A stretch of DNA of 64,000 nt from Elainellaceae cyanobacterium (GCA_049647405.1 JBARXP010000084.1:8252-72251); one strand, 5' to 3'; shown: positions 1 through 9,403, counted from the first letter of the stretch. The notes: generated by a model not told the origin, from the sequence alone. Made by a program: numbers and translations.

Positions 1-544
1 GCACACCATCAAATGAAGTCACGACAGCATATTGGCTGAACATGACCCGTGCCGTAGGGCGAGCAAAGCGGGCAAACATCAGTCCTGTCGCCATAGCGAG
101 GCCCATTAGCCCCACCAAAGACTCGATCGTTACGACAATATCGCCGTAGAGAGTTTTGGGATACATCGCCCCATAGCCAATCGAAGCCATGGTCTGCACA
201 CTGAAGAAAAAAGCGTCAGCAAACGAGCCCGAATCTGCATTGGCAATGGTGTCGCCTCCAAGCAAATAGGCGATGGCAAATCCGACATTCGTAATCAAAT
301 ACAGCACCGCGATGCTGATGAAGAACAGCGGCCACGGCATCGTCAGCATGGCATGGTAAGCATCACGCCACGGGGGCGTAAACATGCCGACTCGAATGAC
401 ATTAAACTGACCCTTGGGATCAACAATGCGGGCGATCGCCCGTCTGTTGCCTGGAGGAACAGTGGCTGAGCTTGGCCGATCGTCACCGCTACTCGAAGAC
501 AACCCAGAGTCAGGCTCAATATCGCGAGGCGGAGGCGGTTTCAT
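1..544 (-). CDS. KirBac-type inward-rectifier K+ channel (N-terminal part; gene runs off the window start)
   Basis: Own translation of the minus strand from ATG at 544-542: MKPPPPRDIE...GQFNVIRVGMFTPPWRDAYHAMLTMPWPLFFISIAVLYL...FFFSVQTMASIGYGAMYP...LVGLMGLAMATGLMFARFARP. This shows TM1, pore helix, (S/T)IGYG selectivity filter and TM2, as in Kir/KirBac channels. Absent from the ORF track because it is truncated. Confidence 0.8.
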   Translation of the reverse strand, partial: MKPPPPRDIEPDSGLSSSSGDDRPSSATVPPGNRRAIARIVDPKGQFNVIRVGMFTPPWRDAYHAMLTMPWPLFFISIAVLYLITNVGFAIAYLLGGDTIANADSGSFADAFFFSVQTMASIGYGAMYPKTLYGDIVVTIESLVGLMGLAMATGLMFARFARPTARVMFSQYAVVTSFDGV

Positions 545-567
545 ACGCAACTGAACGTAATGTTCTC

Positions 568-1803
568 CTAATCGGAGCGGTCGGAGGTTGAACGAGTCGT
601 TCCCTCGTGATCCGCTCCATTGTAAAGGGATTGAAACTCTGAATGATGGCGAATGCGATCGAAGCTTTCGTCAGACTGCGCATTTACAGCCGCTTTGGGG
701 GAAAGGCTAATGGCATGGCGCAAATTGGCGATCGCCCCCACCGCATCTCCAACTTCGGCGTAATAACAGCCGCGATTGTACCAGTTGTCGGCATTTTGGG
801 GCTGAATGTGAACCGCCCGATCGTAAGCTGCGATCGCCTCTTCCGTCCGTCCTAAGCGAGTCAAGGTCGCCCCTCTAATATTCAACATGCCAGGATCTTG
901 ACCCAACCACCGCTGCGATCGCTGACAGCAATCGAGAGCCTCATCGTAACGCTTCAGATTAAACAGAAGCCACCCCTTTTGCCGCCAGCCCAGACGAAAT
1001 TTTGGCGATCGCTGAAGGGCGGTTTCAAAGGCATCCAACGCCTCGTCTGGACGCTGGAGTTTTGCCAGCATCAGACCCCGATCATGCCATTCTGAGGCAG
1101 ACTGTGGTTGTTTTTGAGAATACTGCTCAAAGATTTCCAGAGCTTCTTCATGACGACCCAGATCGATCAGGAGTTCACTCTTCAAAAGCCTCATCTGCCG
1201 CTGAAAGGATGTTGGCAATGTGGAGTCTGTGAGCAGGCGATCGCACTCTGCCAGAGCCTCCTCAGTTTGCTTAAGTCGCTGTAGGGCACACACTTTCATA
1301 GATGCAGCATCGAAAAAATCGGGCTGCATCTCCAAGGCGCGCTGAAATGAGTTTAGGGCTTCTTCATCACGATGCAGTTGCATCAGCGACAGCCCTCGCC
1401 CCAGCCAAAGTTGGTGACTCCCCTGATTAAATCCAGGGTCTGAATAGTGAGGATCGACCGCTAAGCCTTGCTCAAACGCGGCGATCGCCTCCTCATAGCG
1501 CTGGAGCTGGTACAGAGTAGAGCCTAAATTTGTCCAGACCCCTCCATGAGCTTGAGGATCTAACCGCACAGCCTGCCGATAGCATTTCAACGCTGCCGAG
1601 GGCTGCCGTAACCGCAGCATCAACCATCCCAACAGATCTAGACTGTTGACCCAAACATCGGCCGGACGCCTCAAATGCCGCACCAAAGCTCGCACGAGAA
1701 ATAAGCCCGCAAATATGCCAAACAGCAACGCGATAGGACGAGCGTTAAACGCCATAAACCCCATCGTGGTCCAGAAGGGCGGCACTCCCAACAACGAAGT
1801 CAC
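568..1803 (-). CDS. Membrane-anchored tetratricopeptide-repeat (TPR) protein
   Basis: 411-aa ORF. Hydrophobic N-terminal helix (PIALLFGIFAGLFLVRAL) followed by many 34-aa TPR-like units (A..CY..A..L.P, W.N.G..L..L.RY.EA...F). The annotated start is a GTG inside a G9 run; ATG alternatives lie at 1764 and 1755. Confidence 0.7.
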   Translation of the reverse strand: MTSLLGVPPFWTTMGFMAFNARPIALLFGIFAGLFLVRALVRHLRRPADVWVNSLDLLGWLMLRLRQPSAALKCYRQAVRLDPQAHGGVWTNLGSTLYQLQRYEEAIAAFEQGLAVDPHYSDPGFNQGSHQLWLGRGLSLMQLHRDEEALNSFQRALEMQPDFFDAASMKVCALQRLKQTEEALAECDRLLTDSTLPTSFQRQMRLLKSELLIDLGRHEEALEIFEQYSQKQPQSASEWHDRGLMLAKLQRPDEALDAFETALQRSPKFRLGWRQKGWLLFNLKRYDEALDCCQRSQRWLGQDPGMLNIRGATLTRLGRTEEAIAAYDRAVHIQPQNADNWYNRGCYYAEVGDAVGAIANLRHAISLSPKAAVNAQSDESFDRIRHHSEFQSLYNGADHEGTTRSTSDRSD

Positions 1804-2488
1804 CCCCCCCCGTTACCAAAAACAGCCCCCACATCAGAGGCGGCACAAACCACAACACCCCAAACAGCACAAAAATCCAGGGAATGCCGCTATTGCGAAC
1901 TTTTCGCTGGAGAGATGAGGGCAGCCACGGCTCGATAATGCCATAGCCATCGAGCGGCGGAATCGGCAATAGATTAAACAGGGTGACATACACATCCAGC
2001 GCGATCAGCAAGGCCAGCGCCGGGAAAAGTACCCCATCCATAAAATTTGATGGATTCACCTGCCCTGCCAGAGTACTGGGATTGAGCAGATTCCACATCG
2101 TCTCGCCCAGATCAACCACCGGATTAGCCGCAGCCCCCCATCGAAAGCGAAAGGGCAAAGCCAAAACGATGGCCGTCAGCAAGCTTGCAAAGGGGCCAGC
2201 CGCCGACACCAAACTGCGCCACAGGCGATTTCGTAACCGCTTCTCATCGATATAGACCGCGCCACCCGGTAGCGGAATGCCGCCAATCAGCAAAAAAATC
2301 AATGGCAGCCCGATGCTGAGTAACGGATGAGTATAGTTCAGCGGATTGAGCGTGAGATAGCCCTTATCTTTGACCGACGTGTCGCCGCCCCAGTAAGCGA
2401 CAACGGCATGTCCAAATTCGTGGAGACAGAGAGACACCATCCATCCCGCAAAGACAATTACAGCGACCCAAATATCTCTTGAGGTCAT
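1745..2488 (-). CDS. Site-2 protease family (peptidase M50) intramembrane metalloprotease
   Basis: 247-aa polytopic ORF with HEFGH (HExxH) in the first TM region and NLLPIPPLDG (NxxPxxxLDG) downstream. These are the two hallmark S2P motifs. Confidence 0.8.
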   Translation of the reverse strand: MTSRDIWVAVIVFAGWMVSLCLHEFGHAVVAYWGGDTSVKDKGYLTLNPLNYTHPLLSIGLPLIFLLIGGIPLPGGAVYIDEKRLRNRLWRSLVSAAGPFASLLTAIVLALPFRFRWGAAANPVVDLGETMWNLLNPSTLAGQVNPSNFMDGVLFPALALLIALDVYVTLFNLLPIPPLDGYGIIEPWLPSSLQRKVRNSGIPWIFVLFGVLWFVPPLMWGLFLVTGGGDFVVGSAALLDHDGVYGV

Positions 2489-2621
2489 GGCACTATCTCC
2501 TGGGCGTAAGACGGTTAGGGCACAGAGTATTGAAGCGTATCTCTATCAAACCCAAAGCCTTGCTGATGAGAACATCAGCGAAATGCGATCGCCAAGATTC
2601 CTCAATACCCAATTTCACAAC

Positions 2622-2669
2622 AAAACACAGATCGAGAGACAACTCATGTCACATCTCGATCTGTGTTTT
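2622..2669 (-). terminator. Rho-independent terminator downstream of rpmF (perfect 16-bp stem)
   Basis: aaaacacagatcgaga (2622-2637) is the exact reverse complement of tctcgatctgtgtttt (2654-2669). On the minus strand the stem ends in a U-run and is followed by guugug. Confidence 0.6.
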
Positions 2670-2706
2670 ACGTAATGCGGGTTTGATCAGGAGGTAGGGA
2701 GACGAC

Positions 2707-2886
2707 TTACTCTTCGTCGTCATCGTCCTCTTCATCCTGAGGATAAAGAAAGCTCTTCGAGCGCCCTGTGAGGACAGATTTACCAAGAGACAATGCGCGT
2801 TCAGCCTGCAAACGTGCTTTGCCGCTCCATACCGCCCGGTGCATACTCCGCTTTGACTTCGATCGTTTCTTCTTAGGAACAGCCAT
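2707..2886 (-). CDS. rpmF: 50S ribosomal protein L32
   Basis: Own translation: [59 protein letters not shown] (59 aa). It has the canonical L32 N-terminus MAVPKKK.SKSKR. It falls below the ORF-track length cutoff; the listed 81-aa ORF is in another frame. Confidence 0.9.
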   Translation of the reverse strand: MAVPKKKRSKSKRSMHRAVWSGKARLQAERALSLGKSVLTGRSKSFLYPQDEEDDDDEE

Positions 2887-2953
2887 GACAGCACTTGCCC
2901 AATTTCGTCACAACCTATCTATACTACGCTAAGGTGAAGCATTCAGTCCAGCT

Positions 2954-3661
2954 ATGACGTTTATTTTGACCAACGATGATGGCATCGACGCCCCTGGCAT
3001 CTATGCGCTGCGCGATGCCCTGGCTCAGTCTGGCATTGGCGATGGGGTGATTGTTGCGCCTCGCGATCACCATTCTGGCTGTAGTCATCGACTGACCCGA
3101 GGCTATCCGATCGCCATCGAGCGCCGAGAAGCAAAGGCGATCGCCATTGCAGGCACACCCGCCGACTGCACCCGCGTCGCAATCAGCTATCTCTATCCCG
3201 ACACGCGGTTTGTCTTGTCAGGCATTAATGCTGGCGGAAATCTAGGAGCCGATGTCTATGTGTCTGGCACGGTGGCAGCGGTGCGGGAAGCAGTGCTGCA
3301 TCGCGTTCCCGGCATTGCGGTTTCGCACTATATCAAACGCGGACAGCCGATTGATTGGGCGATCGCCACTCGCCTCACCGCAAAAGTCCTGCATACCTTA
3401 CTAGAAAAGCCCAATACACCCGGAACCTTTTGGAACGTCAACTTGCCCCATCTCAGCCCTGACGATCCCGACCCGGCCATCGAATTTTGTGAGCTGTGTA
3501 CCCAGCCTCTCCCCCTCGACTATGAAATCGAGCAGATCAATCAGGCAGAACAGTTGCGGTTTATCGGAGACTATAGCCAGCGCCCCCGCGATGCCCGATC
3601 AGACATTGAGGTCTGCTTTTCAGGCAATATTGCCGTGACTCAGCTCAGCCTTTGGGCTTAG
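2954..3661 (+). CDS. surE: 5'/3'-nucleotidase SurE
   Basis: N-terminal ILTNDDGIDAPGI motif, then the GINAGGNLG and SGTVAAVREA motifs typical of SurE. Confidence 0.85.
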   Translation: MTFILTNDDGIDAPGIYALRDALAQSGIGDGVIVAPRDHHSGCSHRLTRGYPIAIERREAKAIAIAGTPADCTRVAISYLYPDTRFVLSGINAGGNLGADVYVSGTVAAVREAVLHRVPGIAVSHYIKRGQPIDWAIATRLTAKVLHTLLEKPNTPGTFWNVNLPHLSPDDPDPAIEFCELCTQPLPLDYEIEQINQAEQLRFIGDYSQRPRDARSDIEVCFSGNIAVTQLSLWA

Positions 3662-3670
3662 CCTTTGGGT

Positions 3671-5062
3671 TTAGCCTTTAGGTAATGTAATGCGATCGCC
3701 ATCATTGAGATAGCCTGCCCCCTGCACCACAATGCGATCGCCGGGGTTGAGGCCATTCAAGATTTCGATCCGCGATGAGTCTGGATTGCCGTTATCAAGC
3801 AGCTCACCCAGTTCGACCGTGACGGCTTCAGCGCGATCGCCCGATCCCACCCGAAAGACGGTAGCAGTGCCATCTGACTGAGGCAACACCGCTGCTGCTG
3901 GAATCGTCAACCCCTGAGAAACCGATGTGACCAAACTCGCCCGTAAGAACATACCTGGTCGCAGCAAATCTGACGAGGGCAAGTCAATATTGACCGTTGC
4001 CTCACGAGTTGATTCGTCGATCAACGGGGCAATCTCACGAACCCGACCCTGGAGCTGAATGCGGGCATCGGCATCGGAGGTGATGGCAACAGGCGCACCT
4101 ATCTGTACTTGCGCCAATTGGGTTTCGGGCACCTTCACCTGAAGCTCAAGCTGGCGATCGCGAATAATCGAAAACAGCGCCTGTGAATTTGAACTGACAT
4201 CACCGACTCGTGCCATCCGCTCCGCAACCAAACCATTGGCAGGGGCTTTGACCAAGGTTTGCTCTAGCTGAGTTTGAGTCTGCTGAATGCGCGCATTTTG
4301 ACTGCGAACTTCTGACTGGGCACTGTTAATATTAGCTTCGGCCACCCGCACTTGCTCACGCGCCGTATTCGCAGAGGTGGTGCGACTGTCAAATTCTTCG
4401 CGGCTGACCACTCCCTCATTCAACAAAGACTGATAACGGCGCAGCTGAGCCTCAGCCTCGATCTGACGAGCTTTTTCTTGCTCTAGCACTGCTTCTTGCT
4501 GCTGCACCCGCGCCAACGCTGCCTGCATTTGCGCTTGAGCCTCATTCAGCTGAGAGTCAAGCACTGCTCGATCAAGCACCGCCATCACCTGTCCGGCTCT
4601 AACGCTATCCCCTTCGTCTACCAGCACCTGCTGAATTTGCAGATTGGAGGTGCGGGGCAAAATCGGCAATAGATCGTAGGCCACAACGGTGCCTGTGGTG
4701 TTGAAAGAACGGTTGACCTGAGCTTGCTCAACCGCAGCCAGTGTAACGCTCTGACTTGGAGCCACCACTTCTTCTGACACGGCACCATTGCTAGTGTCTG
4801 AAGTTGCGGTAGAAGGACTAGAAAATATGCGGCTCCCCACAACCCCGACGCCAACGGCAATTCCTAGGCCAAATCCAATCAAGAGCCCCGTCTTGCCAGC
4901 CCAAAATCCTGGCTTAGAGGGCTCAGAATCAGACGACTCTAAGAGTTGCTTGAGGGAATCGGTGAACGCGTCATGATGTTGCGACGAATCAGACGCGATC
5001 GCCGCCGAATGCTCGTCATCCTCTGGCGAAGAATGGTCTTGGGAATATAAGTGTTGAGTCAC
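3671..5062 (-). CDS. Efflux transporter periplasmic adaptor subunit (HlyD/RND membrane-fusion family)
   Basis: 463 aa. N-terminal TM, lipoyl-like hairpin (V.EGD.V..GQV.A.LD), a long coiled-coil (AQAQMQAALARVQQQEAVLEQEKARQIEAEAQLRRYQ) and a beta-barrel C-terminus. Confidence 0.75.
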   Translation of the reverse strand: MTQHLYSQDHSSPEDDEHSAAIASDSSQHHDAFTDSLKQLLESSDSEPSKPGFWAGKTGLLIGFGLGIAVGVGVVGSRIFSSPSTATSDTSNGAVSEEVVAPSQSVTLAAVEQAQVNRSFNTTGTVVAYDLLPILPRTSNLQIQQVLVDEGDSVRAGQVMAVLDRAVLDSQLNEAQAQMQAALARVQQQEAVLEQEKARQIEAEAQLRRYQSLLNEGVVSREEFDSRTTSANTAREQVRVAEANINSAQSEVRSQNARIQQTQTQLEQTLVKAPANGLVAERMARVGDVSSNSQALFSIIRDRQLELQVKVPETQLAQVQIGAPVAITSDADARIQLQGRVREIAPLIDESTREATVNIDLPSSDLLRPGMFLRASLVTSVSQGLTIPAAAVLPQSDGTATVFRVGSGDRAEAVTVELGELLDNGNPDSSRIEILNGLNPGDRIVVQGAGYLNDGDRITLPKG

Positions 5063-5110
5063 CGAAAATAACCGCTGTATGGATTTTCAATAGCCCCGGA
5101 GCGACACTGC

Positions 5111-5136
5111 ATTGAGGCACTTTATTGAGGCACTTT
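5111..5136. repeat. Perfect 13-bp tandem duplication (attgaggcacttt x2) upstream of the adaptor gene
   Basis: Read directly: 5111-5123 equals 5124-5136. A partial inverted copy gtgcctcaag lies about 150 bp further on. Confidence 0.8.
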
Positions 5137-5347
5137 GTAAATCACTGGCAAAGCTGATGCAGCAGGCCGCTGAGATAGACAAGCCTTAAGAATGTTTACA
5201 TAACGTTACTTTCTATTATGCCCCATTTGTTTGCTGTCTAATAGCCGCCTATTACTAGTCGCCCATTACTTAAATTGTGCCTCAAGATCCATCGAAGACT
5301 ATTGAGGGTAGGGACAGAACGTCATATCGTCCACGAGAATCTTGACC

Positions 5348-6094
5348 TTAAGGATCGAGGCCAACCATCACTAAAGCCAGCAAATTATTAAGCGAGTGCA
5401 TCGCAATGGGGACGACTAGAGATTTCGTCATCACCTGGGCAATCGACAAAAGAATGCCAAACAAGAAAATGCCGCCCATGTCGTAGGGGTCATATTGGGA
5501 ATGAATCACCGCCCAAACGAGTGAGTTAATCAAAATCGCGCCTATGGCTCCGAGACGCGAGTTGAGGATGCCCTGAAACACAAATCCTCGAAAAAAGATC
5601 TCCTCGAAGAGCGGAGCCGCTATCACGATCGCCACATACAGCAGCGGCAAAAAGTGTGCCGTCTCATAGATGTCTAGGGTGAAGGTTGACGCCTCTGGCG
5701 ATCGCACCAGTGCTTTCAGCCATTCAACCGCATAGATGAAGCCGATGGTCACGAGACTCCATGCTGCCAGGGTCTTCCATGCTGAAGAAGCGGGCATCCG
5801 CAACTGTAGATAATCCACGATGGAGCCTCGCCGCCGAATCTTAATAAACAGCGCGATTAAGCCGATACAAAACGGCGTAGACGTTAGGGTGGCGATCGCC
5901 AAAACGAGGCCATTGTTCGCCAAATTTGAACCAATGTCCTCGATCCCCAAGGTCTCATTCTGACTGGCATAGACGGCAAAGGCCACAACAAAGACCACCG
6001 TTTGTGCTGCAACAAACACCGCCCACACACAAAACGACAGGCCCAGCGTGGCCCAAAACCCCCACGGCTTCACCGTCGATTTTGATGAACTCAT
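5348..6094 (-). CDS. CPBP family (CAAX/Abi) intramembrane metalloprotease
   Basis: Polytopic 248-aa ORF with the EEIFFRGF (EExxxR), WAVIH (FxxxH-like) and HSLNN motifs. Confidence 0.75.
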   Translation of the reverse strand: MSSSKSTVKPWGFWATLGLSFCVWAVFVAAQTVVFVVAFAVYASQNETLGIEDIGSNLANNGLVLAIATLTSTPFCIGLIALFIKIRRRGSIVDYLQLRMPASSAWKTLAAWSLVTIGFIYAVEWLKALVRSPEASTFTLDIYETAHFLPLLYVAIVIAAPLFEEIFFRGFVFQGILNSRLGAIGAILINSLVWAVIHSQYDPYDMGGIFLFGILLSIAQVMTKSLVVPIAMHSLNNLLALVMVGLDP

Positions 6095-6097
6095 GAA

Positions 6098-7441
6098 TTA
6101 CCGTGATTCCAACATGTCAATCGCTTTAGGCACCCCTTCAGTTAAGACTTCGTGGCCGTCTGGCGTAATCAGCACATCATCTTCAATTCTGATGCCGATG
6201 CCGCGCCAGCGCTCGTCAACCTCGGGCTGACCTTCAGCCACCTCAATCGTAGGGGAGATATAAATGCCCGGTTCTACGGTAAAGACATGCCCTGGTTCCA
6301 ATAGGTGGGGTGTTTCGCCGTGCTGATACAGGCCAACATCATGCACATCTAGCCCGAGCCAGTGCCCCGTACGGTGCATATAAAAAGGCTTGTACTTTTC
6401 TTCTTTGATGATCTCTTCAATATCGCCCTGGAGCAGCCCGATATCCATCAGCCCTTCAACAATCACGCGCACCGCCGTATCGTGACACTGGCTGTAAGGC
6501 TCCCCCGGCTTCGCTTTGGCGATCGCCTGAAGCTGAGCTTCTAAAACGATGGAGTAGAGGATTCGCTGCTCGTCGGTAAAGCGGCCACTGACGGGAAACG
6601 TGCGGGTAATATCGGCGTTGTAGTAGCCGCAAGAACACCCCGCATCAATTAGCAGCAGATCGTTCTCCTGCATCTGACAATTATTTTCGACGTAGTGGAG
6701 AATGCAGGCATTTGCCCCAGAGGCCACGATCGACGGATAGGCTGGCCCCAAAGCCCCATTGAGCCGAAATTCGTGCTCCAACTCAGCCTGCACTTCATAC
6801 TCAAACCGTCCGGGCTTGGCCAGTGCCATCGCCCGCAGATGGGCGTTCACAGAGATTTGGGCGGCTTCTCGCATCAGCCCAATTTCTGCCTCGCTTTTGA
6901 CCTGACGCAACGAGTGGAGGGTGGGGCCAATGTCTTCGAGAGCCGTAGGGCCGATCCCTTTTTTAGGATAGGTGGCGAGGCATTTTTGCCAGTGCCGCAG
7001 CAGAGTCGTGTCAAAGGTGCGATCGCGCCCTAGTCGGTAATAGATGCGATCGGCCTTTTCAAGATACTGAGGTAGCTTTTCGTCTAGCTCATCAATGGCA
7101 TACACTTCATCGGCTCCATACTTAGCCTTTGCGGCCTCAACACCGACTCTTACTCCACTCCAGGTTTCCTTCAAGGGGTCTTTGGGGCGGACAAATAAAA
7201 TATATCGATGCTCGTCGTGATGGGGCGCAAGCACAGCAACGGCGCTCGGTTCATTAAATCCGGTGAGGTAGTAAAAGTCGCTGTCTTGCCGAAAGTTGTA
7301 CTCAACATCGTTGTGCATGACCGCATGGGGAGCACTCCGCAACACAGCGGTTCCCTGGCCCAGCTTTTCCATAAACTTCTCACGGCGCTGACGATATTCT
7401 GCTTGCATAGACTGATGGTGGAGTGACATCAAAGTGTTCAA
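6098..7441 (-). CDS. pepP: Xaa-Pro aminopeptidase (M24B, PepP)
   Basis: 447 aa. Creatinase-like N-domain plus the metal-ligand motifs LIDAG...YNADITRT and HRTGHWLGLDVHD, with VEPGIY and RIEDDV. Confidence 0.85.
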   Translation of the reverse strand: MNTLMSLHHQSMQAEYRQRREKFMEKLGQGTAVLRSAPHAVMHNDVEYNFRQDSDFYYLTGFNEPSAVAVLAPHHDEHRYILFVRPKDPLKETWSGVRVGVEAAKAKYGADEVYAIDELDEKLPQYLEKADRIYYRLGRDRTFDTTLLRHWQKCLATYPKKGIGPTALEDIGPTLHSLRQVKSEAEIGLMREAAQISVNAHLRAMALAKPGRFEYEVQAELEHEFRLNGALGPAYPSIVASGANACILHYVENNCQMQENDLLLIDAGCSCGYYNADITRTFPVSGRFTDEQRILYSIVLEAQLQAIAKAKPGEPYSQCHDTAVRVIVEGLMDIGLLQGDIEEIIKEEKYKPFYMHRTGHWLGLDVHDVGLYQHGETPHLLEPGHVFTVEPGIYISPTIEVAEGQPEVDERWRGIGIRIEDDVLITPDGHEVLTEGVPKAIDMLESR

Positions 7442-7537
7442 TCAATCATTTATTTGTCCACTTTAAACGGTTTGCCATCATCATCCAGTCTTCACTTACA
7501 CTCGCAGGCTAATTCGGGAAAAGTTTGGCTCACCAAG

Positions 7538-7563
7538 AGTTCAATTCGATAGTTCAATTCGAT
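7538..7563. repeat. Perfect 13-bp tandem duplication (agttcaattcgat x2)
   Basis: 7538-7550 equals 7551-7563, read directly. Confidence 0.8.
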
Positions 7564-7773
7564 TGTTGCCCCATAGCCGTGCTGGCAGACTCACAGTGCT
7601 GCCACAGCCATAGCCGTCTTATCCAAAGTATCGGCATCGTTGATCCTGAATCCAAGTCAGCGGAGAGTCATTAGACCCGGTGACCATAGATTAGATCACC
7701 GCTTGAGCTGATGCTGAATTTTTGGGGCATCAAAACGGCTCGCAGCCTTGAGAGAACTCGATGCTCAACCTGC

Positions 7774-7914
7774 CTAGCTAAACGCGTAAGCCGACTGCAA
7801 TGCCCACAAAATGAGTGCGGCAATGCCGCCTAGAATGACCACACTTGAAACCACAACAGCTAGCGGATTATCAGCGCCTTCAAATTTCATAATGCCTCGG
7901 TTTTGGTCTGTCAT
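7774..7914 (-). CDS. Small (46-aa) single-pass membrane protein, unassigned
   Basis: Own translation: MTDQNRGIMKFEGADNPLAVVVSSVVILGGIAALILWALQSAYAFS. A GGGAGA Shine-Dalgarno-like sequence lies about 9 nt upstream of the ATG. It sits alone in a 650-bp gap and is below the ORF-track cutoff. Confidence 0.45.
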   Translation of the reverse strand: MTDQNRGIMKFEGADNPLAVVVSSVVILGGIAALILWALQSAYAFS

Positions 7915-8091
7915 AGGAGTGTTCTCCCAAGTTTTCTACTACCTAGTTTTTTGAGATGGATGACACCCGCGATCGCGCTCAGGACACCTCTGACTAAGAT
8001 AAATATGCCCTTCAGCACAGCAATAATGCTCCTGCCTCACAATTCACGACATTATTCTAGATAACCTGTTCCTAAAAAATAGTGGCTTAGC

Positions 8092-8643
8092 TCAACTTTT
8101 ATATTTTTTTAGGGTTTCCCACAAAGGCTGAAATCGTTGATCGCTCGCCACACAACGGAAATAGGCGTAGTGCATTTCAGCAGCCAGGTCGATGTCAGGC
8201 TCAGCATTCTGCTGCTGAAGCGCCTGTGAGGTCGTGCCGTCTTGCGCCGTTTCTAGAATGATGTGCAAGTAATTTGACGGGCGATCGCCCAATCGATCGG
8301 CCCACTCGATAGCAACAATGCCAGGGGCGTATTCTCGGCTATCCCAGTAGGTTTCAATGGCAAGTGCATCAGCTTCTTCGGCATTGAGGCGATACAGATC
8401 AAAATGATAGAGGGGAATGCGCCCGTCGTCGTACTCGTTGACCAGCACAAACGTAGGGCTGACGATCAGATCGGCAATGCCAAGCCCTTCACCGATGCCC
8501 TGAACGAGGGTTGTTTTGCCGCTGCCCAAGTCACCGTCTAGCAACACGATACTGTCAGGCAAGAGCGATCGCCCCATCAGTCGGCCCAACTGTCGTGTCG
8601 CATCAGGGGTCGGCAAAGGAAGCATAAGCTGTGTATCGTTCAT
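8092..8643 (-). CDS. tsaE: tRNA threonylcarbamoyladenosine (t6A) biosynthesis ATPase TsaE
   Basis: P-loop LLDGDLGSGKTTLVQGI and the SPTFVLVNEY...LYHFDLYRL motifs of YjeE/TsaE. I prefer the ATG at 8643 (GAGGAG 7 nt upstream) over the TTG at 8658. A C-terminal extension of about 35 aa is present. Confidence 0.8.
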   Translation of the reverse strand: MNDTQLMLPLPTPDATRQLGRLMGRSLLPDSIVLLDGDLGSGKTTLVQGIGEGLGIADLIVSPTFVLVNEYDDGRIPLYHFDLYRLNAEEADALAIETYWDSREYAPGIVAIEWADRLGDRPSNYLHIILETAQDGTTSQALQQQNAEPDIDLAAEMHYAYFRCVASDQRFQPLWETLKKYKS

Positions 8644-8777
8644 GGACGATCTCCTCAACGATGGGTTGAGCCAATACCTTGTCTCATTTCACACCTTCAC
8701 ACAAAACAGGGAGAGCACCTTGGCGATGCTCTCCCAACATTTTGGCTACTCAATAAGCCTGAATGAACCAGCTGTTT

Positions 8778-8822
8778 GATGACTTGATTAACGATGACTT
8801 GATCAACGATGACTTGATCAAC
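8778..8822. repeat. 15-bp tandem repeat x3 (gatgacttgatYaac)
   Basis: The copies are 8778-8792, 8793-8807 and 8808-8822, with one T/C difference. They lie between the cp12 stop and the tsaE start. Confidence 0.8.
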
Positions 8823-8890
8823 AATGAACTGCACTGCGATACCCATCGCAGTCCGTCGTAACACGGCTAACGCCAGTAGAGTGAGGAGAT

Positions 8891-9112
8891 TTAGTCGTCG
8901 TAGATACGGCACTCTGCCGCTTCAGGGTTGTCGTCGCAGTAGGTTTCTAGGGAATTTTTCTTGGTCGCTTGGCGCTTGTGGGCAGCTTCAGCCTGCATCT
9001 CTTCAACGGAATCCCACGCTACTGCACATTCATCAGATGATGCGCCCTCGCTGTCACAAATGGCACGCGCCTGCTCGCGCTCTTGCTCGATCTGATTGTC
9101 AATATTAGTCAT
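8891..9112 (-). CDS. cp12: CP12 (Calvin-cycle GAPDH/PRK regulatory protein)
   Basis: 73 aa with the AWDSVEE core, an N-terminal Cys pair (C..EG....EC) and a C-terminal CDDNPEAAECRIYDD. Confidence 0.85.
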   Translation of the reverse strand: MTNIDNQIEQEREQARAICDSEGASSDECAVAWDSVEEMQAEAAHKRQATKKNSLETYCDDNPEAAECRIYDD

Positions 9113-9403
9113 AGACTTATCCCAAATTGAGTGCTTTCTTTTTACTCTACACTTTTTGTCTAGATTATCTCATCCTCCAGCAAGGCGGCTCTGTAGTATG
9201 GGGATGCGACTGGCGATCGCCCTCTAGCTAAAGGTTTCACCCGCCTAGACAGAAGTCTACAGAGGTTCTAGCAGCTAATTTTAACAATTTCTTAGCCCGA
9301 CTTCCCGTCACTCTCCCATCCCTGCTTACCCCTGCTTCACCCTGTTTGCCTACTTTTCTGAGCTAGGTTTGCAGGCGATCGCTGAGGCAAATTTGCGACA
9401 CCC

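Noticed and set aside
2649-2894. 81-aa minus-strand ORF from the track
   Set aside because: It is out of frame with, and fully overlaps, a textbook rpmF (L32) reading frame at 2707-2886. Its own translation has no recognisable features.
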